Below, in pieces: positions 23,926-36,724 of a stretch of DNA of 64,000 nucleotides. The notes beneath the pieces are model-generated. The model ran no database searches, was not told the origin of the DNA, and worked only from the letters and a program-made list of their open reading frames with translations. The stretch lies in NCBI GenBank assembly GCA_965202585.1, contig OZ241827.1, forward strand, positions 14,880,001 through 14,944,000, in the 5' to 3' direction. The position numbers and the translations under genes are program-made. Source of the stretch: Thalia democratica. Its lineage: Eukaryota. Position 1 is the stretch's first letter. Each line of letters opens with the position of its first letter.

Positions 23926-26538
23926 TTTCGTTTATTAGAAATAAACTAAGACCTGCAGTAGATAATTATATACAAATTTACGCTGTTGTTGTTATTTATT
24001 AAACAAAAAGTTTAAACTTATAGTGCATAAATAATTAAAAACCGTATAAAAACCGGTGTCTAAAACAAAGCGAAACTCATTAAGTCAAAATAATGACAAT
24101 GACTGTGTTTAGACAATAAAATTATTTCTAGACAAAAAGTTAAACAAATGGAGTTCAACTAGCTTTATAAAATTTATCAAAACGAAATTAGTATAAAACA
24201 AGAATGATAGCACAGCCTAACTAAATAAGCTAGTTGCAAATTAGTTTTTTTTTGCTTAGAATCCTTAAAACTCATGTTGTCTTATAAAAAGTAATCTAGT
24301 TCAGTTAAGGTTTCTTTTAAAATATGTTTACAAAAGTTTTATCGGCATATCTTCTTGCTACTAGAAGTTATGCAGAACTTTATTGGTTTTGATAAGTTTT
24401 TTAGGGCAAGATTTAGCAAAAACATTGAAAATCATTAGAGATCAGTTTCAAAGTATCAACTTAACTTAACTAACAAAAATAATGGCACATACAATTTTTT
24501 TGATATAGTTAATGACACCAGAAGCAACTGTTAAAGTAAAAAATAAAGACCTAAAGCAAATTAAAGTAAAATTAATGTCGTCTACAAAAATAAATTAAAG
24601 ACACAAATGACCTTGACGACGTTGTTTTTACTTAATTCAACTATATTTTAGGCGATTGGCAAAAAATGTTGACCTTTAACTTAAAGCTGTGGAATGATTT
24701 GTAGATATGCAAACATATGATCAAAAACTGTTAGTTGCTAATGATGATTGTTAGTAGAGATTAAAACAAAAGGTTTTCGTTAGAGTAAATCAATAATTTA
24801 TTAAAAGTGTTAACTTGTTCAAAGCCTAACGTCTTTTATATATGTTAATTTGATAATATAATTACACAGGGTTATTATGATGCATTGCATGTATTAGAAA
24901 AACTAAAAGATCTGTTAAACATAGAATTTTTTTTCCACAAATTTAGTAGCTTTTAAATGGTTGTTGTTGTATATACCAATGCATATATTATTATACAAAA
25001 ACAATCTTTTTACCTTGTAAAACTGTTTTAGCGTATAAAACTTGTTCTTCTCATATTCTTCAAAAAGTTTTATATTGTATATTTATAATATTTTTAAGTA
25101 GTACATGTTAAGCAAAAACGAAATATTAAAATAACTTCAAATAAAAATCTGACGAAGCTGTTGACCATTAATTACATTTTATCTTTTTACAACAAACTGG
25201 ATAAGTATGTGTATATATATAAACTTTACGCAAAAGGCTTATTGTTAAAATCAACGTTTTCTTTTTGTAGATAACGTATTATTAGACTAAAACAAAAACC
25301 AGATATAGTCAATTCATAACATAACAATGAAAGACACTTTACTATACAAAATTTTTTAAACTATAATTTATTAATGTCTTAGAATTAGTAAATTGTAATA
25401 AACACAAAATGTTGGTGTTTACTTTATTCAACTGTTTGGTTTTTAAACCCTTTTAACTAACTTATGTGCTTTAATTTTTGTTTCTAAGCAAACTTTTATT
25501 TGGGAATGTTTTCTAAGAATCTATATAAGCCTAAAACTAAAACGTTTTATTTTCAAAAGCAAAATTTTAAAATTATTTAATCAAATCGTATATTAAATAA
25601 TTACTAAAAATTAAGAACAAAAATGTTAAAAATATTTTACCTACACGTATTTTGTACAACAATACGGTAGTTTTATCTTAGCATCTAAGCTTTTTTTTTC
25701 AGTAATAAGTTTGTAATTTGCAATTTTATAGTCTATATGGTTATTGCGTGATAGTATACTTTAATTCTAACTATATCTAACTCGCAGGCAAAAAGTATGA
25801 ATATTATTTAGTTTTTAAAGACTTTTTAGATTTGTAATTAAAAGGAATTTGATTTTTATTTTGTATAGGCTAGACTACTCAAATTGTAATTGCGATCTAT
25901 TTTCAATATAGTTTAATTTAATATCAAAAAACTAAAACCAGTTAATTATAAAGGTTTAAGTATTTTGTAATTTGTTTTTAGCTAACATTTGCAGTAATGA
26001 AATAAACTTACGTTGAGAATGTTTCTTACTACAAAATAATTATAACAGCCATTCATAGGACCCGCAAACTAAGTTTGGTCATAAAATTTATAAAAAATAA
26101 CTAATTAATACACTTATAACAAGTATATATACATATTAAACAACCATTAGGTTTTATTCGAAACATGCTTTTTTAACTAAAAGCATTTGTTAAATTAAAA
26201 AAAAATATTAAATATTAGTCGTAGGTTTAATATAATTCAAAGGTTTTATAATTTTATTTCTTGGAGTAATTTAATTGTATCCTATTATTATTTTTAATTA
26301 CTCGGTGACTGAGAGGTCTTACTAGAATTTTATTAAGTCCTAAGTTATTATAAATAAAGCAAAATTTGTTAAGTACTTTATTGATCTTATATCATCCGTA
26401 AGAAAAAAAGAGAAACAATACATCAACAACTTATAAACAAAAAGGTCCAAATTTACAAAGGACTTTACTAGAGCATCAACTGTAGTAGAAGATGGAGGTG
26501 AAACCATCCGGGACATAATGTAGGTATTCGTTTATGTT

Positions 26539-28512
26539 CTACTGTGAACTGAGCTTTAAGGAGTTCACCATATCCTTACTCAAAGTGTTAACTTGTCCAA
26601 CTAAGTCTTTCAATTCTTTAAGCTTGACTTCATTCATCAAATTTAAAGTTAAGACTTCGACTTCTTCGTTCATCTCAGAAACTTTATCATTACATATATT
26701 TTTTGGACTCAGGTCTCCATCAATTTTAAGTTGATCTAAATTATGTGGTTGATACTCTTTAGCAGCGACAACCAGACCAGTAATATCTTTCAAAAAACTG
26801 TGGCATTTGACTAAGTCTGATTCAATTTCGTTAGTCCTTTTTTTTCTAAGGTTTTTATTTAAGTTTAGACTCTCAACAACTAACTTTAAAGCCTCTTTTC
26901 TGATTTTAGTAGTTAAAGTACAGAAGTTTCTTAATTTCTCTTCAAATGTACTTATAACAACTAATTCATTATTTGTATGAATGTTTTCAAGCTCAAACGC
27001 ATCGTTAAGAAGATTATTTATACGCTCACGAGTTTTCATCTTAACTGGATTCTTTTTTAAGTTAGGGAAAAGCGTAAGAACTTCATCAAAAAAATTTTCT
27101 TCTATTTCTAATTTTTCTTTCCCTAAGTTTAGCCCATCAGTAAGTTCACAAAAAATATTGAAATTATCTTCAGAATTTGATTTATCTAGTCTGTTATGAC
27201 AACCTCTATCACTGGCTAAAGAATTTTTAGGAATACTTTTCTCAAATTTTTCATTTCTAGTTTTACTAGACTTTTCTAGTGCAGTACGTTTGTTTCCACA
27301 AAAGGAAACATCTTCTTGACTCATCTGTTTTACAACACTTGTACTATTGTCATTAACAGTGAATTTTCCAGAATTTAAAATGCAACCATGTTCAGGATAC
27401 TTCTCAAGTTTAACATTCAAATGTTGTGCATCTTTAATTTCAGAGAAATTATTAACAAAATTTTTGATGTTATTATTTACAAGATCATTCTTAGGCTTAC
27501 TCTTGTTTTGAAGACTTTCAACTTCTAAATGTTGTTCATCATCAATTTCAGAGGATTTATTCACGGAATTTTTGATGCTTTCATTTACAGAATCTTTCTT
27601 GAACTTAACTTTGCTTTGAAGACTTTCAACTTCTAAAAGTTGTTCATCATTATTTTTAGAGGTCTTATTCACGGAATTTTTGATGCTATCATTTACAGGA
27701 CCTTTCTCAGATTCAACGTTGCTTTGAAGACTTTCAACCTCTAAATTTTGTTCATCACCATTTACAGAGGATTTATCCACAGAATTTTTGATGCTATCAT
27801 TTACAGGATCTTTCTCAGAATTTACTTTGCTTTGAAGACTTTGAACCTCTAAATATTTTTTATCATCTATTTCAGTAGATTTATTCACAGAATTTTTGAT
27901 GCTTTCATTTACAGGATCTTTCTCAGAATTTACATTGCTTTGAAGACTTTCAACTTCTAGTGATTGTTCATCACCATTTTCAGAGGATTTATTCACATAA
28001 TTTTTGATGCTTTCATTTACAGGATCATTCACAGATTTAACTTTGTTTTGAAGACTTTCAACCTCTAAATTTTGTTCATTATAAATGTCAGAGAAACTTT
28101 TATCAGATTCTTCAGGCATGACTTTACTATAAATCTGATTAAACTCAATTACTGTCGGTTGACGAGAACCACCGAGATTTGCAGAAAATAAATTTTTGTC
28201 AGAGCTGTTCACTGACTTAGCATTTTCAGAGCAAGAAACTACAGGATTAGCTTTCACAGCCGTACCAGTTTCCACCTCATTTTGATTTCTGTTGACATAA
28301 CTGTTGGCATTTATAGACAATTTTTCGGATTGAGATGAACCTTTTTGGTAAGAAGTGAAACTTTTACTATTTTTCGAACCGTAACTTTCAGTTAGTTTAC
28401 CGCCATCTCTATACTTCTTTGCATAAAAATAAAGAACTGCTGCCGACAAACCAATAAATCCAACCATCAATTCACAAAAACTGACAACAAGTTTAAACAA
28501 AACTTTTATCAT
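26539..28512 (-). CDS. Family member A' (657 aa): N-anchor, six 36-aa repeats, C-terminal helical domain; function unknown
   Basis: Intact ORF from ATG to TAG with the family N-terminus and acceptor cttttccctag|caagtaaaATG (AG at 28522-28521). It is the full-length paralog of disrupted A. Confidence 0.88.
   Translation of the reverse strand: MIKVLFKLVVSFCELMVGFIGLSAAVLYFYAKKYRDGGKLTESYGSKNSKSFTSYQKGSSQSEKLSINANSYVNRNQNEVETGTAVKANPVVSCSENAKSVNSSDKNLFSANLGGSRQPTVIEFNQIYSKVMPEESDKSFSDIYNEQNLEVESLQNKVKSVNDPVNESIKNYVNKSSENGDEQSLEVESLQSNVNSEKDPVNESIKNSVNKSTEIDDKKYLEVQSLQSKVNSEKDPVNDSIKNSVDKSSVNGDEQNLEVESLQSNVESEKGPVNDSIKNSVNKTSKNNDEQLLEVESLQSKVKFKKDSVNESIKNSVNKSSEIDDEQHLEVESLQNKSKPKNDLVNNNIKNFVNNFSEIKDAQHLNVKLEKYPEHGCILNSGKFTVNDNSTSVVKQMSQEDVSFCGNKRTALEKSSKTRNEKFEKSIPKNSLASDRGCHNRLDKSNSEDNFNIFCELTDGLNLGKEKLEIEENFFDEVLTLFPNLKKNPVKMKTRERINNLLNDAFELENIHTNNELVVISTFEEKLRNFCTLTTKIRKEALKLVVESLNLNKNLRKKRTNEIESDLVKCHSFLKDITGLVVAAKEYQPHNLDQLKIDGDLSPKNICNDKVSEMNEEVEVLTLNLMNEVKLKELKDLVGQVNTLSKDMVNSLKLSSQ
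27424..28071 (-). repeat. Coding 108-bp (36-aa) repeat, 6 full units in A'
   Basis: Six xLEVESLQ...KNSVNKSSE..DEQ units are visible in the translation. Confidence 0.9.
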
Positions 28513-30699
28513 TTTACTTGCTAGGGAAAAGTTTTGTAAAATATCAATTATCTGTAAATTTCAAAACAGGGTCTTTGCGAATTAAATGAAGAAAAATTTG
28601 ATTAATAAATTTTTTGAAATCACTACTCTTAGAACATGTTGCTTATAACAGCAGAAAAGTTGCACAAGCTTTATTATGTTTTAATTAATGTTATTAAACT
28701 ATAGGTTAATAGCTGCTGTACTGTATCCTTTAATCCAATTTTATAAAATTTACTTTTTACAGTTTTAGATGAAATGTTTCTGAATAAGATTTTTAAAGAC
28801 AAAACTTCTTAACTAGTCTGAGTATTTGGTATATTCAGTCTAAAATTCCAGTCATAAAATAACATGGTAGTGTAGGCAGTTTTTCATTTAAGAGTCATTT
28901 GTATATTAGTTTTTTAAATATTAAAAATTGAACTATAATAGTTTAAGTTTATTTATTTATTTCTGTTTTTGTTTAAAATATATCATCTTGGAAAATATTA
29001 AAATAATTAGAAAACTATTATTAAATATAAGTAAAGAAAATTTTTAGAATAAAGTTTGTATACTTCCTTTTAACTTTATTTTTATTAGTCTTGTAAAAAC
29101 ATCAAGAATAACAAATTTAAAATTTAATAAGTAATTGGTTCAAAAATTTATGACTCTAAATACTACATAACATACTAGCCTTATCTGCATACCTTAAATT
29201 ATATACTTGATGTTTAACATGTAACATGTTTTTTCAATTATATTTACTGTAAAACACCAAAATGTACAAAACTACATTTATCAAACATTTTGTTGAATAA
29301 TATTTTCAACATTCAATAATACGACGAGCTGTAAACTTACATAACGTCTAAAGGTGAAGTTTTACCTTAAATTAAAGGTTAAAAAAGTGTTTTTTGAACT
29401 TTATTTATAATACTTATTTTTGAGACGTGATGTAAATATTTCACATTTAAGATACTAAATAAACAAAAATACTCAACTACTAAACAATAGCATGAGATAG
29501 TTAAATATGAAGTTTGTCTTTTAAGTTATCATGAAAGTTTGCTGATACTAAATGAAAAGTATTTAGATAAGTATTGTAAAAATTTATGTACTCGTTTCGG
29601 AAATATCTAAAGTTTTTCATATCTGCTTTCATACACTTTTAGTTCTTCCAATTTATAAAAGGTGTTATCTTTTTTTTTACTACTTTTTTGAGATAGATAA
29701 AAAAAAACTTTTACGCATAAACCTTAAACTACACATAAAATAAAACACTATATTAAAACAAAAACAACTTATATAATTTAAACTAAAAGGTCAATAAAGA
29801 AACGATTTGAATACGGAATGCTTGTTCCAATTATGTTTATGTAATCAGTAATATTTTCAAAATTTATCAAATTTGTTTTTTATTGGATGAAAGTTTTTAA
29901 AATCAAACTTGCTTTTTAAATTCCAGTTGTTCTTATTGGTAGTCGTTAGTACTTATCAAATTTTTTTAGTTAAAATTACAAAATATTTTTTACTTTTGAA
30001 AATACGTTAAGCTTGAGTAAACACATTTACTGTATATATTATTTATTGTTTTATAAATATCTAACAATAATTAAAATAAAAAAAAATATCTGCTTAAAAA
30101 TTTAGTTTTATATTACTACTAATTAGTAATGCTTTTTTAAAACTAGATATTAAAAGTTTCATTATTGTTTTGCCTCGTTGAAAAAATAAAATAAGAATTC
30201 TATAAATTCAAAGTTAATTTTTAAAATTTGAAGTTAACAGAATATATTTGAATGAATAATATATACATAGGTTGCATAACGTTAAAAAAACTTTTTGTTT
30301 TAAAGGTTATTAAATAAATTTATATTATTTGGGCTTTGATGTCATTATCTTTAAATTAATTGCAATAGTGTCTAACATATTTTTAATATTTGTTTGATAA
30401 TTATCAAATTAATTAATGTTTTAAAATTGTTTTTTTTTTAAACTAATTTTGTTAAGTTATTTTATTGTTACTAGGTCTGCTAAGGAGGTTTAAAATGACA
30501 TATGATTTTTTTTTGAAAGCTTTTAGTTTTGTTTTTCATTTATTTTTATAAGTAAAAACATGTAAGAGTTTAAGAGTTTAAAATTCTGAGTTTGTTTCTG
30601 TACATATATACGTACATAACTTTGTTTAAACAAACTAAATTTAAAAGAAATAAGTTTGTAAAACCGTATCACTTTTACAGCTTTTCCTTAGCAAGTGAA

Positions 30700-32277
30700 A
30701 TGATTAAGGTTTCATTTAAACTTGATGTCAGTTTTTGTAAATTGATGGTTAAAGTTGTTGGTTTGTCGGCAACAGTTGGTGTTGTTCGTTATTTTTCAAT
30801 AAATAAAAACAAACAATCTGATGTAAATGTCAAGGCTACACCAAATGCTATCACCAGCAAAGATAATTCTGCAGAAAATACAAAGTTATCTACTTCTAAG
30901 TTTTCAAGTGATAGAAGAATAGAAATTCTTAATATTAAATCGATAATAAGTATCAACCGCAGTTTAAGCAATAGAAGAAATGCTGTTATTTGTCATGACT
31001 CAAGTAAAAATGACACTGGTTCATGCAAGCAAGAAAACCTCAACAAAATAATGTCTTCAAAAATTGTCAATAGTGACGCTATATATTTCGATGTAAACGA
31101 ACCTGAGATAAATTTAAATAAAAACCAAGTTCAAAACTTAATGAAAAACAAACCAAATATGGGCAGTGATTCTAAACTAAATGATAGCAATTGTGAATTG
31201 AATAAAGTTTTTAATGTAGAGGAAAATAAAGCACAAAATATTTCGGATATAAAACTTTTAGGTGATTCAAGTTACCAAGAGAAACTACGAGTAGAAAGTA
31301 TTTGTAGTTTGAGCAATGAACAAGATTTAAAATTTTTTTTTAAACCAGCAATTAGTAGTCAAAAGAGCACAAATTCAAAAAACGAATGTTTGAAAAATAT
31401 TTCGGTTGAAAAAATCGCAAAAGATTCTAATGTTTCAATTTCAGACTCGTCTAAAAACGAATGTGAAGACAACAAATGTCAAGATTTAGCTACAAATATT
31501 TTTATAAGTCAAGAATCTGACTCTTCTAACAAAAATTTTAAAGACAATAAATTGAATACAACTTCCCATGCAGAAACAACTCTGATAAAAAATTATAGGG
31601 ATGGTGAAATTTATGACAATTTAAACCACAAAGATTCTTGTTTAGAGTTCTTTAATACAAAACTAAAAACACTTCAGACTGATAAAGTATTTTTTAACAA
31701 AGAATGCAACGAAATAAGTAACATTATCAGTGCGTTTCTTACGCATAAAAGTTTAAAAGGTATCAAAAAATCAAGCTTTCTTAAAAGCATTAGTGCGAAA
31801 TATGAGCATTCGGTTCGTGAAATAAAATGTTCTAACAGTATGGCTAACTTCGGTAATAAACGAAAAGAAAGTATTTATGATTGGTTTTTGTTTATGAAAA
31901 GAGATTTGTTAAATAGCATGAAAACTTCCCTAGAAAACCCAACTTCTGACAAAGTTTTGAAAATTGTTCACAACAAAGTCCTATCAGGTTTCAACCAAAT
32001 GTGTAAATTCATTCAAATGTATTCCAATCAGTGTGAAGAATCAATTGAATTAATTTTAAAGATTCTTGATGATAAAAGTAACTTAGAACTAAATGTGAAA
32101 CAATGGAATGAAAAACTTTGTGCTATGATTAAAAATATTGAAGCTTTAACTTTAGAAACAATTGAAGTAATCAAAAAGTTAAAGTGTGATGAAATAAACA
32201 CTGATGGACTTGTTAGCTATGTTAAAAATATTTATAGAGAAGGTATTATGATATTAAAACTGTTTAAATGTGAGTAG
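30700..32277 (+). CDS. Family member B' (525 aa); the true start is the ATG at 30700, not the TTG at 30592
   Basis: cttttccttag|caagtgaaATG ATT AAG GTT TCA matches the family start context. It is colinear with B over its whole length. Confidence 0.87.
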   Translation: MIKVSFKLDVSFCKLMVKVVGLSATVGVVRYFSINKNKQSDVNVKATPNAITSKDNSAENTKLSTSKFSSDRRIEILNIKSIISINRSLSNRRNAVICHDSSKNDTGSCKQENLNKIMSSKIVNSDAIYFDVNEPEINLNKNQVQNLMKNKPNMGSDSKLNDSNCELNKVFNVEENKAQNISDIKLLGDSSYQEKLRVESICSLSNEQDLKFFFKPAISSQKSTNSKNECLKNISVEKIAKDSNVSISDSSKNECEDNKCQDLATNIFISQESDSSNKNFKDNKLNTTSHAETTLIKNYRDGEIYDNLNHKDSCLEFFNTKLKTLQTDKVFFNKECNEISNIISAFLTHKSLKGIKKSSFLKSISAKYEHSVREIKCSNSMANFGNKRKESIYDWFLFMKRDLLNSMKTSLENPTSDKVLKIVHNKVLSGFNQMCKFIQMYSNQCEESIELILKILDDKSNLELNVKQWNEKLCAMIKNIEALTLETIEVIKKLKCDEINTDGLVSYVKNIYREGIMILKLFKCE

Positions 32278-32679
32278 TATTAGTTATATGAAGTTCACGA
32301 TATGTTTTTAAGCCTTTGTTTTTTATCTGTCATTAAGTGTTTTACTGAGCTTTTTAGTTATCCATATTTAATTTTGTTGTTTTATCAACTTACTTATTTA
32401 GTAATTTTTACATTTGTTTTTTGTTACGAAGAATAAAAAATGCTTACCAAAATTTTTGTACTAAATTGATAAATTAATTTATTAAACATGAGATTAAGAA
32501 ATTAATGTGCTTTTATTTAAAAAACAACATACTAGATTTGAAAGAAAACAGTTCTAGTATATTAGTAGTTGTTTAGTATATTAATTAATTGTTCATTTCC
32601 TAAATAACTTCACAACCATAAATAAGAATCCCATTTTTTTTGTACCTTTATAGTTTTTATAGTTAAAAATAAACGTTTT

Positions 32680-32900
32680 AAACTTGATTCCCTTTACCTA
32701 ATATACCTACGAGTTTACAAAACTTTCAAGAATGTTTTTAATTTGATTTTCTCTACCTTATACCTATGGGTTTAATATCTTTCCAGAATGTTTCAAACTT
32801 AATTCCTTCCACCAGATACACACGCTTTATAAACTCCCCAGAATGTTTCAAACTTAATTCCCTCCACCTTAAACCTACGGGTTTACAAAACTCCCCAGTA
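32680..32900. repeat. ~55-bp tandem repeat, about 4 degenerate copies (more decayed paralog at ~8290-8450)
   Basis: gaatgtttcaaacttaattccctccacc...cctacgggtttacaaaactcccca units, with gaatg starts at 32730, 32786 and 32841. Confidence 0.75.
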
Positions 32901-33699
32901 TTTTATATAACTATTTAGACATGTACAAGAATGCCCATCGCTCACTTTGCTCTAAATGAATGTCAAGGTTTAAATGTCTTTTTTAATGACTAAAATACCA
33001 AGCCACTTTTTTATGTTTATTTCCTTCCGACAAATCGAACTAAAATAAAACGTTCATATTTTCTTAAAATAAAATTTATTTTATGTAAAATCGGTTGTTG
33101 AACTAATTAGTAAGACTATGATCGTAAAAAAAATCAAGTATATATGTTAAAAGGAAATTAGAAAAAAAAGTTTGTAGCTTTTAGTTAGACTGCCATATGT
33201 ATTTTTTTTAACTATCAAGTTATTTTTTTATGTGGTAATAAATATTAACCTTTAAATATTCTTTCAAGATTTTCAACTCATTCGGATAGTAACTCGTCGT
33301 AATGTGAATTGTCAGACTTTGAACAGTCGTGCACCCATTTTTGATATTTCATAACTAAGTAACTTTATCGAAAAATTCAGATTCGGAGGAATAAAATTTA
33401 AACATACACTGTGGCATAACATCACAGCGATTACTTATTTTTCTCTGATTCATTTTGTAACAGATTTCCATCTTGAATTTACTTACGCTATATAACAAAG
33501 CTTAAAATAATCTCACAACTAATTCAAATTAGACATTTATTAAAAACAATAAATATAAATTGTAGAGCATTTCACAATATACAAATAGAATTTTTTAATA
33601 ACTGTAGAATCGTTTTCTTTTTTATCAAAATAGTATTTAGAAAAACAATGTTCAGATAGACTAATAGTTAAATAAAACATTGCAAAAACTATAGAAATT

Positions 33700-34750
33700 T
33701 ATTGTGTTCAATTTATAAATTTTATTAAAAGTTAATTTAAAATTTTTTAGACTACTTGAATAAGTATCTAGCCTTTTTCAAGCGCTGAAACTAATTTTAC
33801 ACGTTTTAAAAATTAGTAATCTCGCAATAGAAGCATTTTTAATAAAAAATATAAAAGTTTTCTTTTTAAAAACATAACATATAGGTAAAACAATTTTTAC
33901 AACATAAAGAATTTCTTTTCTCAGCTACATTTGTTTTGAACTAAACAACAATTTTATCCTTTGTTTATGTTGAAGTATTTCTTAAATTACTTTTAATTAA
34001 ATTTGTATAGATAAGGATTATGAAAAATTGGCACACTCTTAGATAAGAGTTTGAAACCTGTGTTAAATAGTACTTAAAACGATATTTCTAAATATTATAT
34101 TTAGAATGTGTTTAATAACAGAGAAGTTATTTCTGTTAAATTTTTGTAGTATATGTTGGTTATAGATTCAAAGTAACAGATCTTGTACTTCTTATAAACA
34201 AATAATATCCATATTGACAAAATGGTTTCAGCTTGTAATACTCCGGTAGTTGCAATTTATTTCCGATATTTTGTTTGAAAGCAGGTTGTTTTGCAAACCT
34301 ACTTATAATTATAAGTAAAAGTTTCTAAAACAAAATATTAAGGATTTGTGTAATACAATTTGTCTACTACTTTTGATTGACGACTAGAAAATCATTCATT
34401 TGATTATAGAAAAATAGAAACAAGTTTTTAAATAGTTTTTACCGCCTTTGCTTTATCTTCAAATTGTATCGAAAAAGTAAACTGGATTGAAATGGATACC
34501 CACAAGTATTTTGAAAAATATGAAAGTTTACTCAAAGATTATTTTCACCCTAACTTCTATACTATTGTTTTTTTATGTTAAACCTTATTGCCTTGTTGAA
34601 CGTTTTATTGTTGTACCTTATAGCCCCAAAAAATATAATCATTGAAAACCTATTTTGTTTAAGAAGTTTTATTTCATATTTCTTTGTTTCTTATACAAAA
34701 ATTTTAAAAACTGAAACTGATAAATGTTCTTAAGAACTAATTTTCGGATA
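33700..34750. other. ~1-kb segment present in duplication copy 2 but absent from copy 1 (insertion or deletion; no TIR/TSD recognised)
   Basis: Alignment to copy 1 stops after attgcaaaaactata (~33695 vs ~9450) and resumes at aagtttattcgctac (~34760 vs ~9465). Confidence 0.6.
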
Positions 34751-34876
34751 TAAGCTTTAAAGTTTATTCGCTACCAACGGCTTTAAATATGGGTTTGTTT
34801 GATTCATTGACATAATAAGTTGTATATATAAAAATCTTACAATTTAAGAGTAAGTGTTTAGTAAAGTAAAATTGCG

Positions 34877-35091
34877 GAGCGTGTAAATCTTGCTCGATTA
34901 ACATGTTTGTTAAAACTACACTAAATATTTTATGGTTTGTACTGAAGAGTAAGAAAAGGTCTCATTGTAACTAAAACTAAAACTTCGGCCGGCGAATATT
35001 TTTAATTACAAAATTTAGCCCTCGAACACCGAATGCCTGCCGACCTCTGCCTTATACTTACATAAACTAAATTAAAACAATAAATATAATA
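34877..35091. ncRNA. Conserved non-coding element, copy 2 (paralog of 9581-9794)
   Basis: Same identical blocks. Substitutions are concentrated in the predicted loop. Confidence 0.35.
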
Positions 35092-36724
35092 CGGCACTAG
35101 TTTAATAATAAACCAGTAGTTACAAATAGTAAATTTTGATAAAAAACCATTATAATTTTATAGATACATATGTACATAACCATGCAATAAAACTCAACTA
35201 TTTTAGCTTTTCAAGTTTCAAAAATGCGCTTTGCGGTGTAGCTGGTTATCTAACTAAGCAAAATGAAATTTAATAAATTAGAAAAATTAAAACGTGTTTC
35301 TTAAATCTTTTAAATCAGAAGTTTCAAAAACCAGATGTTATTCTTTTACATTTCGTTAAAAAAATAACAAATAATAAATCAGTATGGTGTGAAGATAAAT
35401 CATTGATAAATTACGCATTAAAAGCTGCCATGCTAGCAATTTCAAAAGGTGTTGATATTGTTACTAAAATTTTTCGCAAATAATTTTTTCATAAATAGCT
35501 TAACAAGATTGAAAATGAACCCTGAAAAAGTTATAGTATTTTACTTTATAAATATGCATTTAACAAATAATTGTGCATATTAAATTTACAACAAAGTAAG
35601 AGCTTTACTAAACTATAATTTAGTTTTACAAAAGGCTTCCGTGTTCTTAAATCATTTTATATAACATAAAATATATTATTTTAAGTATTCAAAAATATTC
35701 CTATTTTAAGAATTATTTTATACAAATGTAGTAACAAAAAATTATAAATAAGATGTTATAATAAGCAGCGAATTAAAAACTTTTTATATAAGAACAAAAG
35801 ATTGCTACAGAAGCAGTATAACTTATAAGAAAATAGTATTATCTGTAACTCTTGTTATCGTTTTTTTTTTAATAACATTGTTCAAATTTAGTAAAAAACG
35901 AACTTTAAAGTTACTTAATCAACTTTAATTTTGTAATCAGAATTATTTTAAAAACTCTCCAAACTTTATTTTTTGTATGTTTTAATAAATTTTACAATTT
36001 AAGACAAAAAATACCATCAAGGTGTTTTAAATTCCATATTTTTATTAAACTAGTTGCATTGTTTCGATGATTTTTTTCAAATGGTGTCTTCTTTCAAACA
36101 AGTACTAAGTCTACATATCAATTATCTTAATTAATAATACCATTTTCCTTCAACCTATCTAAGCTGATATTTTTACTAAAGGCATATTAAAAAGATAAAC
36201 ATATTTTTAACAAGTTTTAGACAAAAAACTTTAAGAATTTAAGAAATATACAAAATTAAATTTCAGCAGTTATTCAAGCATTATTTAATTTTTATTACTT
36301 CCGAAAAGTTATTTCTAAATTACTTAACATATATAAACTGTCAGAAATAGGTTTATACTTGAGTAAAATTCTAAACAACTTGGTAAAAGTTAATAAAACT
36401 AATTAACTTCTAAATTTTAAATATGAAATTATTTGATATGTTAGCTAACTTTACTATGTGCTCATTGTTTATGACATTTATTTTTCTTGTTGTTCCTAGA
36501 TGGTTATACTCTGTTAATAACTGATATTAAACTGTATTATTATTCATGAAAAATACTACGGAAAACTTTTTAAGACTAGAAAATAATTATAGTAAGTCGT
36601 TCTTTCAAACAAATTTATTCTACGTTTAAACAAAAATATAATACAAGAAAGTAACATAGCTCGTAATAAACAACTTTTTCAATGTCAAATTTAAACTGTT
36701 AACACTTCGCAAGTGATACAAAAT

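Larger units (their letters stand above)
26050..35885. repeat. Segmental duplication, copy 2, carrying A'/B'
   Basis: Colinear with ~130-10580 (see above). It contains a ~1-kb extra segment at ~33700-34750. Confidence 0.92.

Noticed and set aside
30592-30699. 36-aa N-terminal extension of B' in the ORF track
   Set aside because: It begins at a TTG upstream of the splice-acceptor-like AG and is not open in the B paralog. The family start is the ATG at 30700.
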